DNA of 64,000 nucleotides, taken from the NCBI GenBank assembly GCA_963703955.1, contig CAVPGK010000006.1:1-64000 (forward strand). The letters run 5' to 3'. The translations under genes and the position numbers were made by a program. The first letter of the stretch is position 1. The number at the start of each line of letters is the position of its first letter. Shown one piece after another: positions 19,446 to 29,790 of the stretch. The notes under the pieces were generated by a model, which was not told the DNA's origin, searched no databases, and saw nothing but the letters and a program-made list of their open reading frames with translations. Source of the DNA: Nitrospirota bacterium. GTDB lineage: Bacteria > Nitrospirota > Nitrospiria > Nitrospirales > Nitrospiraceae.

Positions 19446-20081
19446 ATGGGTGCTGTGAAATCTTCGACGCCGCGTCATCTCCTTGTTCTGCTGATAGGCC
19501 TCCTGCTAGCTCCAGGGACCGTCATGGCAGAGGCCGACGTGTTCGGCGCGTTCACCGCTCACATTCGGCATCAGGTCCAAGCGGATAAGCACACCTTCGT
19601 AGCGGCGCAAACCTGCACCGAATGGTTTTATCGGGAGCTTCAGAAGAAGACACCTGCCAGGCCCAAGCTCGAAGGAGTCTCACTCCATCCAGTCGAAGCG
19701 GCTCCTCGACCACGCGAACATGCCTCAGACTGTCCCATGCGCTATCCAGACGGACTGGACGCGGCTCGAAAAGACTTCAGCCAGACCCAATCGTCGCTTT
19801 CGGTCAGCCTCACGTTTTACGAATTTGCGCTCGTCGGAGATCGCAACGACGATGGTCAATACAATCAAGTCGAGCTGCGCGATATGCTGGAATCGTTCGG
19901 CCTCCCGTTCAACGAGGTGCTTCCACCGTCCGCGCACCTCGCGGTCCTCAACGCCCAATTTGACCGCATCCGCGTCACGACGGCACTCGACACGCTCATG
20001 ACCGGGATGGGAGTCCTCTACGATCGGGGGTATCGTTTCACCGAACAGGACCGCGCCGCCCTTCATCTCATCGCCGGATAG
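19446..20081 (+). CDS. Exported hypothetical protein with an EF-hand-like loop
   Basis: Signal peptide. DRNDDGQYNQVE fits a 12-residue EF-hand loop. Start uncertain (19398 or 19446). Confidence 0.7.
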   Translation: MGAVKSSTPRHLLVLLIGLLLAPGTVMAEADVFGAFTAHIRHQVQADKHTFVAAQTCTEWFYRELQKKTPARPKLEGVSLHPVEAAPRPREHASDCPMRYPDGLDAARKDFSQTQSSLSVSLTFYEFALVGDRNDDGQYNQVELRDMLESFGLPFNEVLPPSAHLAVLNAQFDRIRVTTALDTLMTGMGVLYDRGYRFTEQDRAALHLIAG

Positions 20082-20097
20082 CGTTCGACGTCTCTCT

Positions 20098-20730
20098 TCA
20101 CGCCATCCTTTCCAACGCTTCCCGCGCCCGGCTTCGCACCGTCTGATCCCAATCTTCCTCCATCACCTGAGCCAGTTTCATCTTCGCCTCACTCGCTCGC
20201 ATTCGTCCCAAGCCCAATGCCGCACAAGCCCTCACATGCGCATGATCGTCCTCCAACGCGGCGATGAGGCAGGGAATCGCTCGCCTGTCTTGCAACACAC
20301 CGACATAGCTGGCCGCCATGCCCCGGATCCGGTGCTGCTTATCACCCTGCTCGGTGTTGATCGTCGTCAAGAATAGGTCAACCAGACTCGGGCCGACTCG
20401 TTCCAGGCCTTCCAGCCGATAGCGGTTGGTCTCGATCAAGGAAAAGGCCAAATCGCGTCGCTTCTCTGGGGATCGCTCCCGGTCAAATTCCGCCAACAAT
20501 CGACTCAACTCATGACGTCGTTCACGATGCCGGCGTATCTTTCCGACCGCGCTCCACAGAAACAGCATGGACAACAGGCCGATCAACGCGATTGGGATGA
20601 TGTTCTCGACGAGATAATCCTGAGTATCCGGTGACAGCCGCTTCCACGTCCATACTCCGGCCACGATCAGGCCGACGAACACCAAGATCGTCGTCAGATT
20701 GGCTTGACCATGTTGATCGAGCTTCTTCAT
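20098..20730 (-). CDS. Membrane-anchored HEAT-repeat protein
   Basis: Two TM segments, then AIPCLIAALEDDHAHVRACAALGLG and VRSRAREAL HEAT/PBS-lyase repeats. Confidence 0.8.
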   Translation of the reverse strand: MKKLDQHGQANLTTILVFVGLIVAGVWTWKRLSPDTQDYLVENIIPIALIGLLSMLFLWSAVGKIRRHRERRHELSRLLAEFDRERSPEKRRDLAFSLIETNRYRLEGLERVGPSLVDLFLTTINTEQGDKQHRIRGMAASYVGVLQDRRAIPCLIAALEDDHAHVRACAALGLGRMRASEAKMKLAQVMEEDWDQTVRSRAREALERMA

Positions 20731-20818
20731 CGCCGCGTATCATAGCCCGGCTGAGGCTCAATTCCTACTCGTTCCCGGAAAGCGAATGACGTCGGATGTT
20801 CAGAGATTCAGATTTTTC

Positions 20819-20847
20819 TTGACGCTAATTCTAATTAGAACTAATGT
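20819..20847 (+). promoter_or_regulatory. marR promoter with a palindromic operator
   Basis: TTGACG-17-TAATGT, with the perfect palindrome TTCTAATTAGAA (20829-20840) in the spacer. Confidence 0.7.
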
Positions 20848-20853
20848 GAGGTC

Positions 20854-21312
20854 GTGGATGTTCCTGATTTTAAAGACGACCCGTATCTGAAAGTCCTGCG
20901 TCCGTTGGTTGGAGCGTATCTCGCCTTCGCTCGGAAGGACAACCGACATATTCGGGCTATGCGGCTGACCCCCTCACAATTCGATGTGATCGCGACCCTG
21001 GGGGACACGGACGGCATGACCTGCTCTGACCTGTCGGCAGCGACTCTCGTGACAAAAGGCACGCTGACCGGCGTCCTCGATCGTCTAGAGCAAAAGGGGT
21101 TCATCCGGCGGGACGATGTCGCGGGAGATCGCCGGTGCACGAAGATCCGACTCACCGAGAAGGGCAAGATCCTCTTCGAAAAGACCTTTGCGGCGCATGC
21201 GGCATTCCTGCGACCGTACTTCGAACGCGCGCTGACGCAAAAAGACGCGGATCAGGCCCGGACCCTGTTGCTTCGCATCCGAGACAGCTTTCTACAATCC
21301 AGCCCGTCGTAA
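20854..21312 (+). CDS. MarR-family transcriptional regulator
   Basis: LTPSQFDVIATL...TKGTLTGVLDRLEQKGFIRR...DRR...LTEKG winged helix. Confidence 0.9.
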   Translation: MDVPDFKDDPYLKVLRPLVGAYLAFARKDNRHIRAMRLTPSQFDVIATLGDTDGMTCSDLSAATLVTKGTLTGVLDRLEQKGFIRRDDVAGDRRCTKIRLTEKGKILFEKTFAAHAAFLRPYFERALTQKDADQARTLLLRIRDSFLQSSPS

Positions 21313-21593
21313 CGCAGCTCATTCAGTCTGTGCAATGGGTGTCGGAACGGCCTATTGAGAAGGGTGAATGATGGAGAAGCCTGGCGAGAACCCAATACCG
21401 CATTCACGAACTCTTGCACCGACGGTGAAGCCCGCTGATCCTCATAGCGGCTGATCAATGAAGGAGATTGAAAGAACCAATTTCGGGAAAGCATTCCTAT
21501 GGGTGGGAAATCCTGACGGTCTGAGTCAAACAATTCACAAGGAGATGGCTGGATTGCGCCCACTGTGCGAGCACAAAGGGGAGTCCACCAATC

Positions 21594-22461
21594 CTACTGA
21601 CACTCGCTCCGCTTTCCTCCATCCAGGACCTGCATGAAACGGGTTAGTCTGGAGCCTTTGACCGGCTCATCGGTCTTGCTGTAGATCGCGACCAGGTTCT
21701 TCAACGTTCTAATGAGAATGGAGCGGGTTGGGCTCTTTTTCAAGTATTTTTCTTCAAATCCATATCCCGCCTGCATCAAGAACCGAGCGCAATCCTTTTC
21801 GGTCAACAATGCGCCGGCATTAAAGCAGTCGACGAAAACCTTGTACCGTTCTGATTCAAACTTCACCAAGAAATGACCCGGCATCCCGATTCCGTACAAA
21901 GGAAGTCCGAGCCGCCGCCCGACTAGGAGATAGACGATCGACAGGCTGATCGGAATCCCTGTGCGGCGATCGATCACTCGATTGAGATAACTGTTATCGG
22001 CTTCGTAATAATTCTTGGTGTTCCCACGGAATCCTTGTTCGGCAAAAAGATAGCGATTCAAAGTCTTGACGGCTTCTTCTCCCGACACTCTGCGCCCCAT
22101 CCGATCACGGACCTCCGTCGCCATTTCGTCGAGCTTGCGTGTGTAGACCTTCTCATCGAGGCTCGGGAACGCATAGCGCGCGATCAAGAAAGCGGCCTTT
22201 TCCAGATCGACAGGATCATCAACCCCTTCTACGAGAACACGCAGATTGTCCTCCAGCTGGTTCCCCCGGATTTCATCAAGAATCCATTCGATTCGCCTGG
22301 CCATGTCCGGCTGCTCGATTTCCGCTTCCAATAAGAGCGGTACCGCCGTGTCGCCTATTTCGATCAGTTTTCCGCTGATGGTTTTGGCGATCCTGTCGTT
22401 TTCATCGCGAAAGCAATCGGATCAAGGCTTTAATCTGATTTTCATCGGCGACCGACACCAT
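21594..22461 (-). CDS. SirB1/transglutaminase-like family protein, frameshifted near 22410
   Basis: GFRGNTKNYY...NSYLNRVIDRRTGIPISLS...GIGMPGHF. The N-terminus MVSVADENQIKALIRLL lies in another frame behind a GAGGTG RBS. Confidence 0.8.
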
Positions 22462-22522
22462 TCACCTCATACTCCGTCAAGTATACACGGCGTGAGTCGC
22501 ATCCGAAGGGTCGACTTCCGCT

Positions 22523-23303
22523 TCATCCCATCGACCTGCGGAAGGCGCGGGCGCCCCCGTATAAACACAAGGCATCAAAGGCCAGCATGATCATCACCAC
22601 CATCCCGACGCGGGGAAGAGCCTCGGCCCAGCCCGAGAGAATCGAGGGGACGCACTGCATCAATGGCCCACGTCATGGGATTCAACATGGCCAAGGCCTG
22701 CATCCAGCCTGGCATGGCCGTTAAGGGCACCAGCGCAGTGCTCAGAAAAATCATGGGCAGCGACAGGAAGCCGAGTACCGAAAAGAAATCACCATGGCTT
22801 TTGACCGAAAACGCCATCGCCATGGAGATCGCGGTCAGACCTACCCCAAACAACATACCGATGAAAAGGATAACGACTACGCCAAGCCAACCAGTCGCTG
22901 GACGGACTCCGAAGAGCGATGCCACACCGAGAATCACCAGGACCTGGAGCGAGGTGATCGTCATCACGAAAATGAAGCGGCTCAGAATGACAGAGGTTCG
23001 GTGAATCGGGGTGGACATGAGCCGCTCAAGAAACCCGTTTTCCTTGTCGAACAGGAGATCAACCCCGCCGGCCAGCCCATTGTTGAGGACGGTCATCACG
23101 ACGACGCCGGCCGTAAGGAAACTGATGTAATTGGGCGCCTGGACCAGCTGGGTATCGGCGGCCCGCTGAAATAGATTCCCGAAGAAGATGAGCCAGAATA
23201 GCATCGGCTGGACCAGTGTGAACAGCATGCTGAACTTTTCGCGACTGAGGCGCCGCACCCATCGCATCGTCAATGCGCGAATTTCTTGAAGGCGCTGCTG
23301 CAT
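22523..23303 (-). CDS. ABC-2 type transporter permease, frameshifted near 22643
   Basis: DKENGFLERLMSTP, FLSTALVP...MPGWMQ...NPMTWAIDAVR. The last TM helix continues in a shifted frame to TGA at 22523. Confidence 0.85.
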
Positions 23304-23343
23304 GTTGTGATTTGTGCCTCGTGAAGAGAACGACGGCGGATTC

Positions 23344-24321
23344 TTACGCATCGTCCGATTTCGGGAACTCTTCCCGAATCGAATGCCCGGTATAGGCAAC
23401 GAAGACATCGTCGAGCCGAGGACGGCGGTATTCAACTGCGTCCAGATGGCAGGCCAGCCGGTTGGCGGTCTCAAGGACTGCCGGCAACGCTTTTTCCGAC
23501 GATTCCACCCGGAGATCCAACCCGCCTGGTTTTGTGACAACCGCCCGGATCGATGGCAGGTCTTTGAGCGCGGTCGCCAGAGCATCGATTCGAGACGCGC
23601 ACGCCTGCTCGACTGTAAGCGAGATGCCATCCCCTCCTAAGCCCGCTTTCAACTCCGCCGGAGAACCCAAGGCTTTGATACGACCGCCATCGATGATAGC
23701 CACGCGATTGCATAATTGGTCGGCCTCATCCAAATAGTTGGTTGTCATGACAACCGTAATCCCTCGTTCGCGCAGTTGCCGGATATGATCCCAGATGCGA
23801 AAACGACTTTGCACATCGAGCCCCAGTGTTGGCTCGTCCAGAAAAAGAATCTTGGGATTCGGCACCAGACCGCAAGCAATATCCAGCTTGCGTTTCATCC
23901 CACCGGAGTAGGTTTTTGCGGGGAGATCGGCTCGATCTTCGAGGTTCACCAGCTTCAGGAGTTCGTCGATACGCCGGATGGCCTCTTGTTTCGGCAGATG
24001 GTAGAGATCGCTCAAGAGCAGCAGATGTTCGCGGCCGGTCAGGAACCGATCGATGGCCCGCTCCTGCGGGACGTAACCAATCAGCCGTCTGACTTGCTCC
24101 GGCTCTTTGGTGACATCGTGTCCCTGGACGACGGCTCGACCGGTTGTCGGCTGGAGCAGCGTAATGAGGATTCTGAGCGTCGTGCTCTTGCCGGCTCCGT
24201 TCGGACCGAGGAGACCGAAGATTTCTCCGGCCCACACCAGAAACGAGAGCCCGTGAATGGCAGTCACGCCATCGTAGGTCTTGCCGAGCGAGGAGGCCTC
24301 AATGGCCACGGTCCGGTCCAT
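23344..24321 (-). CDS. ABC transporter ATP-binding protein (DrrA/NodI-like)
   Basis: GPNGAGKST, YSGGMKRKL and ILFLDEPT. Confidence 0.92.
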   Translation of the reverse strand: MDRTVAIEASSLGKTYDGVTAIHGLSFLVWAGEIFGLLGPNGAGKSTTLRILITLLQPTTGRAVVQGHDVTKEPEQVRRLIGYVPQERAIDRFLTGREHLLLLSDLYHLPKQEAIRRIDELLKLVNLEDRADLPAKTYSGGMKRKLDIACGLVPNPKILFLDEPTLGLDVQSRFRIWDHIRQLRERGITVVMTTNYLDEADQLCNRVAIIDGGRIKALGSPAELKAGLGGDGISLTVEQACASRIDALATALKDLPSIRAVVTKPGGLDLRVESSEKALPAVLETANRLACHLDAVEYRRPRLDDVFVAYTGHSIREEFPKSDDA

Positions 24322-24995
24322 TACCCCAAGCCTTTCATGCCCTCCCGCTCATAGATCTTAAATTGAATCAGATCGCCGAGGCGACGAGCGCGCTGGCGGA
24401 GACCGTCCGCTTCCAGCAGCAGTTGCTTCTCAAGGGGAGTGAGATTCAGGTAGGTGGAAAGCATATTGATGAGCACTTCATCCTTCACGTTTGAATCCAA
24501 GAACCCACGCCAGACGTAGCCGTTGTCTTGCGTCTTCAAATACTCTCCCACCATGCGGATCAGTTCGGATCGGCTGGCAGTCTCCAGACTGCTTTCCAGT
24601 GAAGGAGGTTTGAGGGCGATGCTGGCCTGCCGATAACTCTTGCAATAGAGCTCTTCGCGGATTTCATATCGGTGCAGTCCTTGGAGGAGGATATTGTACC
24701 GACCATCCGGTAACCCTTGCGCGCTGACTAACCGCCCCACACACCCGATCTCGTACACCGGCGGGTTCCCGTAATAGTCGTGTTCCCACCCCTCCTTGAG
24801 CAGCGCAATGCCGACGCACCGCCCTTCGGCAGACGCGTCGCTCACCATTTCTCGATAGCGAGTCTCAAAAATATGTAACGGTAAATAGGTCTTGGGAAAA
24901 AATACGACATTAGGAAGGGGGAAAACAGGGATGCGGTTCGGCACGCTGAAAGGCGACCACTCATCGTCGGAGCGGCGACAAGACTCTTGTGACAT
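24321..24995 (-). CDS. Lon peptidase substrate-binding (N-terminal) domain protein
   Basis: IPVFPLPNVVFFP...LPLHIFETRYREM...LPDGRYNILLQG...EKQLLLE. Confidence 0.85.
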   Translation of the reverse strand: MSQESCRRSDDEWSPFSVPNRIPVFPLPNVVFFPKTYLPLHIFETRYREMVSDASAEGRCVGIALLKEGWEHDYYGNPPVYEIGCVGRLVSAQGLPDGRYNILLQGLHRYEIREELYCKSYRQASIALKPPSLESSLETASRSELIRMVGEYLKTQDNGYVWRGFLDSNVKDEVLINMLSTYLNLTPLEKQLLLEADGLRQRARRLGDLIQFKIYEREGMKGLG

Positions 24996-25168
24996 GCTTC
25001 ACGATAGCCGAAGGACCAAGATATTGTCAACCGACTACGACCGGCTGCATCAACCTTCTTAGAGCGGGAAAACCATTGCCAGCATTGCCGTTGCGCATCT
25101 TCCACGCGCGTGTTATAAGCCAGGTGAAGCGGTGGTCGGCATCTATCCTACTGGGTTCAACATTCAGC

Positions 25169-26335
25169 GTGAGCATCCTCGGACTCCATAAGCGACCTCG
25201 GTCGCCAAGCGGGTGTCTTCTCCTGCTCATCGGGTTGATGTTCCAATCAATTGGCATCGCTGCGGGGGACCTGGATCACGTAAATGCGCGCATTCGCCGT
25301 CAGGCCATACCCGGGTACTCGTATCAATTTCCCCACGATCATGGTTCTCACGACGAATTTCGCACAGAATGGTGGTATTACACGGGGCATCTTGTAGCTG
25401 GAAACGGCCGCCAGTTCGGTTACGAGCTGACGTTCTTTCGCTGGGGCGTGGACAAGGACTCGGTCAAAACCAACCCGTCGCGCTGGGCGATCCGGCATCT
25501 TTATCTGGCTCATTTCGCCCTGTCAGACCACCGGAATCAGACGTTCCGATATGCTGAGAAGGTCAGCCGAGCAGGACTGGGTAAAGCCGGAGCAGACACG
25601 GGGCAACTTCATGTGTGGATCGATCGCTGGGTTGCTGAATTGCCTGCTCTTCACTCGATGCGGCACCACCTCGAGGCTTTAGCTGAAGAATTTTCCATTC
25701 ACTTGGACCTGGACCCCCAGAAACCGCCAATTGTACATGGCGAAGGCGGCGTGAGCCGTAAGGGAAAGGGACCGACTCAGGCGTCCCACTATTATTCGTT
25801 GACTCGGATGGCGACAACGGGCAACGTCACGGTAGGCGCAGAGCGACTCTCAGTCACCGGCATGAGCTGGATGGATCATGAATTTGGATCGGGAGACTTA
25901 GGAGAGGATCAGATCGGTTGGGATTGGTTCAGCGCCCAATTGAACAACCAGACCGAGATCATGCTGTATCTGTTACGTCGACGGGACGGTACTATCGATC
26001 CAGTCTCAAGCGGCACGTTTGTGCTACCTGATGGTCAAGCACAGCATCTGTCTCTTGCGGACTTCCAGGTCGAGCCACTGGACCATTGGAAGAGTAGATC
26101 CAGCGGAGCCCGCTATCCGAACCGCTGGCGGATCTCAATCCCGCGAGTCGGCCTCATTCTGTCCGTGACTCCAAAACAGGCGGATCAGGAACTCATCACC
26201 GAGCGGAGTACACAGATCACCTATTGGGAGGGAGCCGTCGATATTTCCGGGGTCATGCGAGACATCCCACTAGTGGGCGAAGGGTATATTGAATTGACCG
26301 GCTATGCTCAACCATTCCGTCAGCGGTCAAGATGA
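25169..26335 (+). CDS. AttH/CrtC-like lipocalin-domain secreted protein
   Basis: FPHDHGSH..FRTEWWYYTG, WMDHEF, GWDWFS, YWEGAV and GYIELTGY. Start uncertain. Confidence 0.85.
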   Translation: MSILGLHKRPRSPSGCLLLLIGLMFQSIGIAAGDLDHVNARIRRQAIPGYSYQFPHDHGSHDEFRTEWWYYTGHLVAGNGRQFGYELTFFRWGVDKDSVKTNPSRWAIRHLYLAHFALSDHRNQTFRYAEKVSRAGLGKAGADTGQLHVWIDRWVAELPALHSMRHHLEALAEEFSIHLDLDPQKPPIVHGEGGVSRKGKGPTQASHYYSLTRMATTGNVTVGAERLSVTGMSWMDHEFGSGDLGEDQIGWDWFSAQLNNQTEIMLYLLRRRDGTIDPVSSGTFVLPDGQAQHLSLADFQVEPLDHWKSRSSGARYPNRWRISIPRVGLILSVTPKQADQELITERSTQITYWEGAVDISGVMRDIPLVGEGYIELTGYAQPFRQRSR

Positions 26336-27407
26336 GTTGACCGCCCACGCCAAAATCCGTCACCGGACTTTTCTGCTCAGAGACCTCAGTCTGGTTGTCA
26401 TGTTGATGCTCGGCTTCACCGCTTGCGGAAACCAGAGCGACACGATCGTTTCCATTGCCCTCCATCCGACCAACCCCAGTATCCTTTACGTGGCCACGAA
26501 TGATTCGGTCTATAAGACCCGGAACAGGGGCGCAACCTGGGAGCGCATGGCCACCGACCTCAGTTCATACCGTGTGCTCACCTTATCATTAGATCCTCAG
26601 CATCCGGCGACGGTCTACGCAGGGACTATGATAGATGCCGTTTACAAGAGTCCCGATGGCGGGCAACACTGGATGCCGTACAATGCTGGCCTTAAAGAAC
26701 ACATCTCGGTGGTGAATCAATTCGTGTTCGATCCACGTGGTACCGAGACGATCTATGCGGCGACAACGGTGGGTGTCTTCCGTAGCACGGACGGTGGACG
26801 ACTGTGGAACGAACAGATGACGGGCATGAAAGAGGTCCACATTGTTGTTGCGATCGCGCTCGACCCTAAACGGCCTCATGTTCTTTACGCAGGAACGACA
26901 GGGGGCGCCTACCGCAGCACCAACGGGACCGCTACCTGGCAGAAGGTTAACCAGGGTCTGATCCCTTCAGAAATTTTGGATGCTTCGCTCTCGCTCGGCG
27001 TCAATACACTCGTCATTGACCCTCAAGACAGTAATATCGTCTACGCCGGGACAACAAAGGGCCTTTTCAAATCGACCGACATGGCGGATTCTTGGACTCG
27101 CATTGGAAGTTCCTTGGCTGATCAGTACATCAGCAGCTTGGTGATTGATCCCACGCGTGCTCAGATCTTGTACGCGGGAGGTCGGGCGGGTGTTCAAAGA
27201 AGCCTCGACGGCGGCCAAAGCTGGGAAAGTATGAATGTTGGCCTTGAGACGCTCAATATCAGAACCATCGTCATCAGCCCATTCAACGCCCAAGTGCTAT
27301 ACACCGGAACCAACGGCAGCGGGCTCTATCGAAGCGATGATGGTGCCCAAACCTGGAAACGAATCCCACTCCTCATGGACCCAGCTAAAGCCCTATCTCG
27401 AAGCTAA
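26304..27407 (+). CDS. VPS10/BNR-repeat beta-propeller lipoprotein
   Basis: Lipobox FTAC and about seven YAGT..GxxxSxDGGxTW repeats. Confidence 0.82.
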   Translation: MLNHSVSGQDELTAHAKIRHRTFLLRDLSLVVMLMLGFTACGNQSDTIVSIALHPTNPSILYVATNDSVYKTRNRGATWERMATDLSSYRVLTLSLDPQHPATVYAGTMIDAVYKSPDGGQHWMPYNAGLKEHISVVNQFVFDPRGTETIYAATTVGVFRSTDGGRLWNEQMTGMKEVHIVVAIALDPKRPHVLYAGTTGGAYRSTNGTATWQKVNQGLIPSEILDASLSLGVNTLVIDPQDSNIVYAGTTKGLFKSTDMADSWTRIGSSLADQYISSLVIDPTRAQILYAGGRAGVQRSLDGGQSWESMNVGLETLNIRTIVISPFNAQVLYTGTNGSGLYRSDDGAQTWKRIPLLMDPAKALSRS

Positions 27408-27653
27408 TTAATCATTTTCAAGATCGGTGAACGTTCTCCTGAGTATCTTCTTTTCTCAGGGATGGCTCTAGTTAATTGTTATCTATTATTTTTTTCTCAA
27501 TCAAAGCATGTTTAAAAGTCTTGTGCATGAAGGATTCATTGCACCATCTTTGCGAGCGAAGTCTATGAGCAGTCCGTACAGAAACAATTTGCATTTTTGT
27601 TATTGACATGTTTTCTAAGCCATGCTACAAAGCAAGCATGTTCATAAGAGGTC

Positions 27654-28169
27654 TTGCTTGTGGAAGAGCTAAAGGACATCATCGTTGGTCTTGAGCAGCG
27701 TATCAGCGCCTACAAGAATCGATTGCAGGAACTAGTTAAGAAACGGAGCCGTTTGGAAGAGGAAATCGCGACCATACACAAATATTTGGAACTTGCCGAA
27801 ACACTTTACCGAGTTGAAGCCGATAAGGCCAAACTCGCTAGCCTCTCCAGCCAAATTATTACTGACGATAAAGGGGTTCGGCCTCTTCCAGTCATGGACG
27901 TCACCGATCAATCTCGAGAGATTCTCTTGGGGCGCAGCAAGTATGTGGGGATGAGTGTTCCCGAGGCCGCGTATCAGATTCTTCGTGAGGCTCAACATGC
28001 CATGCACGCGAAGGAATTGTTCCAACGCCTCGTGGAAGGCGGCATGCAGATTAAGGGGAAAACCCCCCTGACTTCAGTCGCAACTTCACTAAAAAGGGAC
28101 AAGCGCTTTCGGAAGGTTGGCCCGAATACATTTGAGGCGTTGGAGGAAACCTTGACCAAGGTGGTGTGA
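27654..28169 (+). CDS. Coiled-coil plus HARE-HTH-like DNA-binding protein
   Basis: N-terminal heptads. The C-terminal EAAYQILRE..HAMHAKEL...GKTPLTSVATSL..DKRF..VGPNTF matches the HARE-HTH pattern. Confidence 0.65.
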   Translation: MLVEELKDIIVGLEQRISAYKNRLQELVKKRSRLEEEIATIHKYLELAETLYRVEADKAKLASLSSQIITDDKGVRPLPVMDVTDQSREILLGRSKYVGMSVPEAAYQILREAQHAMHAKELFQRLVEGGMQIKGKTPLTSVATSLKRDKRFRKVGPNTFEALEETLTKVV

Positions 28170-28217
28170 GCTTCACGGTCGAGTAAGCCCTTAGCCCGTG
28201 AAAGGAGGTGAGTGCAC

Positions 28218-28256
28218 TTGGCGACGAAGAAGGCAGCGAAGAAGAAGAAGAAGTAA
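28218..28256 (+). CDS. Lys-rich micropeptide MATKKAAKKKKK (12 aa)
   Basis: Full-length SD AAAGGAGGTGA (28201-28211), 6-nt spacer, TTG start, TAA stop, terminator hairpin downstream. Confidence 0.6.
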   Translation: MATKKAAKKKKK

Positions 28257-28269
28257 CCCAGCCTGGATA

Positions 28270-28313
28270 ACGCCGGGGGTGAGGCCACTTGCTCCCGGCG
28301 TCACCTTTCCTTT
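28270..28313 (+). terminator. Intrinsic terminator, possibly bidirectional
   Basis: Stem ACGCCGGG/CCCGGCGT followed by a pyrimidine run, located between convergent genes. Confidence 0.6.
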
Positions 28314-28370
28314 GCCAGAGTACCCCAGCAGAAGAATCTACTCAACCGTTCGGTGAGAAACCGCAGGAAT

Positions 28371-29291
28371 CTAGTAGGAGGAAACCTGGAGGTGTGCGGT
28401 CTGAGAAGGCTTGGGCTTCGTGTAGACTGGTTTCTCTTCCATCGTGACCAAGCTCCACTTTTCTGGCTGCTCAAGAATACTTTGTACCAATTTGGCGTGC
28501 AGCGCGTGTCCGGCACGATCAGCCTTCAGATGGCCGATGAACGGCACACCGAGCAATGCAAGGTCGCCGATCAAATCTAAAATCTTGTGGCGGACGAACT
28601 CATCCTGAAAACGAAGGCCTGACTCGTTCAGCACTCCGTCTTCGGACAAAATCACCGTATTTTCCAACGACCCGCCTTTGCCCAATCCTTTCGCCCAAAG
28701 GTGCTTCACCTCGTTTAAGAACCCAAATGTGCGCGCACCGGCGATGTCGCGTTCAAAGGCTGAAACCTCCCACTGATACACATAAGTCTGCCGCCTGATG
28801 AGAGGATGATCGTACTGAATCGAATAGGAAATGCGGGTGGTGGTAGCCGGTTCGAAGAGAATTCGTCGATTACCATCCACCACCTCAATCGGCTGCATAA
28901 TTTTCAAGAATGGCTGGTGACTATCCTGCGGGGCGATACCGGCTGCTCGAATGAGGTGTACGAAAGGGGCAGCGCTGCCGTCCATCACCGGCACTTCCCC
29001 GGCATCCAGCTCAACGAAGACATTATCAATACTGAGACCAACCAGGGCTGCCAGTACGTGCTCGACTGTCTTGACGACCAAGCCGTTTGTGCTGATGGTC
29101 GTACACAATTCCGCAGGAACAAGGTTCCGAACCGACGCAGAAAGTGCGACAGGACCCCCATCCTCGGTTCGAACAAACACGATCCCCGTGTTGGGTGGAG
29201 CAGGGCGAAGTGTGAGCGTCACCGGATTGCCTGTGTGAAGCCCCACTCCTGAGCAGGTGATCGTCTGAGCGATGGACTGTTGATACCTCAT
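28371..29291 (-). CDS. lpxC: UDP-3-O-acyl-N-acetylglucosamine deacetylase LpxC
   Basis: GVGLHTG, TVEHVLAAL, PVMDGSA, ARTFGF, HKILDLIGDL and GHALH. Confidence 0.96.
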   Translation of the reverse strand: MRYQQSIAQTITCSGVGLHTGNPVTLTLRPAPPNTGIVFVRTEDGGPVALSASVRNLVPAELCTTISTNGLVVKTVEHVLAALVGLSIDNVFVELDAGEVPVMDGSAAPFVHLIRAAGIAPQDSHQPFLKIMQPIEVVDGNRRILFEPATTTRISYSIQYDHPLIRRQTYVYQWEVSAFERDIAGARTFGFLNEVKHLWAKGLGKGGSLENTVILSEDGVLNESGLRFQDEFVRHKILDLIGDLALLGVPFIGHLKADRAGHALHAKLVQSILEQPEKWSLVTMEEKPVYTKPKPSQTAHLQVSSY

Positions 29292-29334
29292 GGGTCCTCT
29301 GTGAGCCCTCTTGGAGCAAACTACTGCATGCACC

Positions 29335-29350
29335 AGCAACTCTCATGCCA
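29335..29350 (-). promoter_or_regulatory. sigma54 (-24/-12) promoter of lpxC
   Basis: TGGCATGAGAGTTGCT, which is GG-N10-GC, 43 nt upstream of the ATG. Confidence 0.7.
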
Positions 29351-29509
29351 CACTAAATTACACTGTATATGGGGTTATTGAGAAGCGAAGTAGGCTATTT
29401 ATTGTAGACAAAACATGAATTCTGTTGCAGAAACTAAACACCTGTGATCTTTAGGCTCTTCTCTTAACTTCGCATCATGGCTTAGGATTCGCGAAGATAA
29501 GCAAAGAAT

Positions 29510-29790
29510 CCCTGCCGGTAAGGGCAGGGGGTTGTGAGCCAGGTTGCTAACCTTTTGCTTCGCTGCGGGCTGCCGTTGACCCCCGACTCTTCCGAGTGGG
29601 GCATTCTCGGCAGGCTCGCAAAAACCGTGCTGTCTCCTCGCATGAAGCAACCCCGACACAAGACCCACCCTTTTGTTTCACCCATATGCTGGCGAGCATA
29701 GGGGGAGGAGAAGCATACCTTCCTCTGGACCATATTCAGCCCTGACCAGAGGCCTTTCGTTGCATCCCTCACCTGATCGAAAGTGCGGGT
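29510..29790. ncRNA. Candidate structured RNA, no family recognised
   Basis: At least eight nested or serial helices in an intergenic region with no credible ORF (see findings). Confidence 0.35.

Noticed and set aside
28167..28256. Stop-codon readthrough or selenocysteine joining the HARE-HTH gene to the Lys peptide
   Set aside because: The two are in frame, but two TGA stops intervene and the peptide has its own strong SD.
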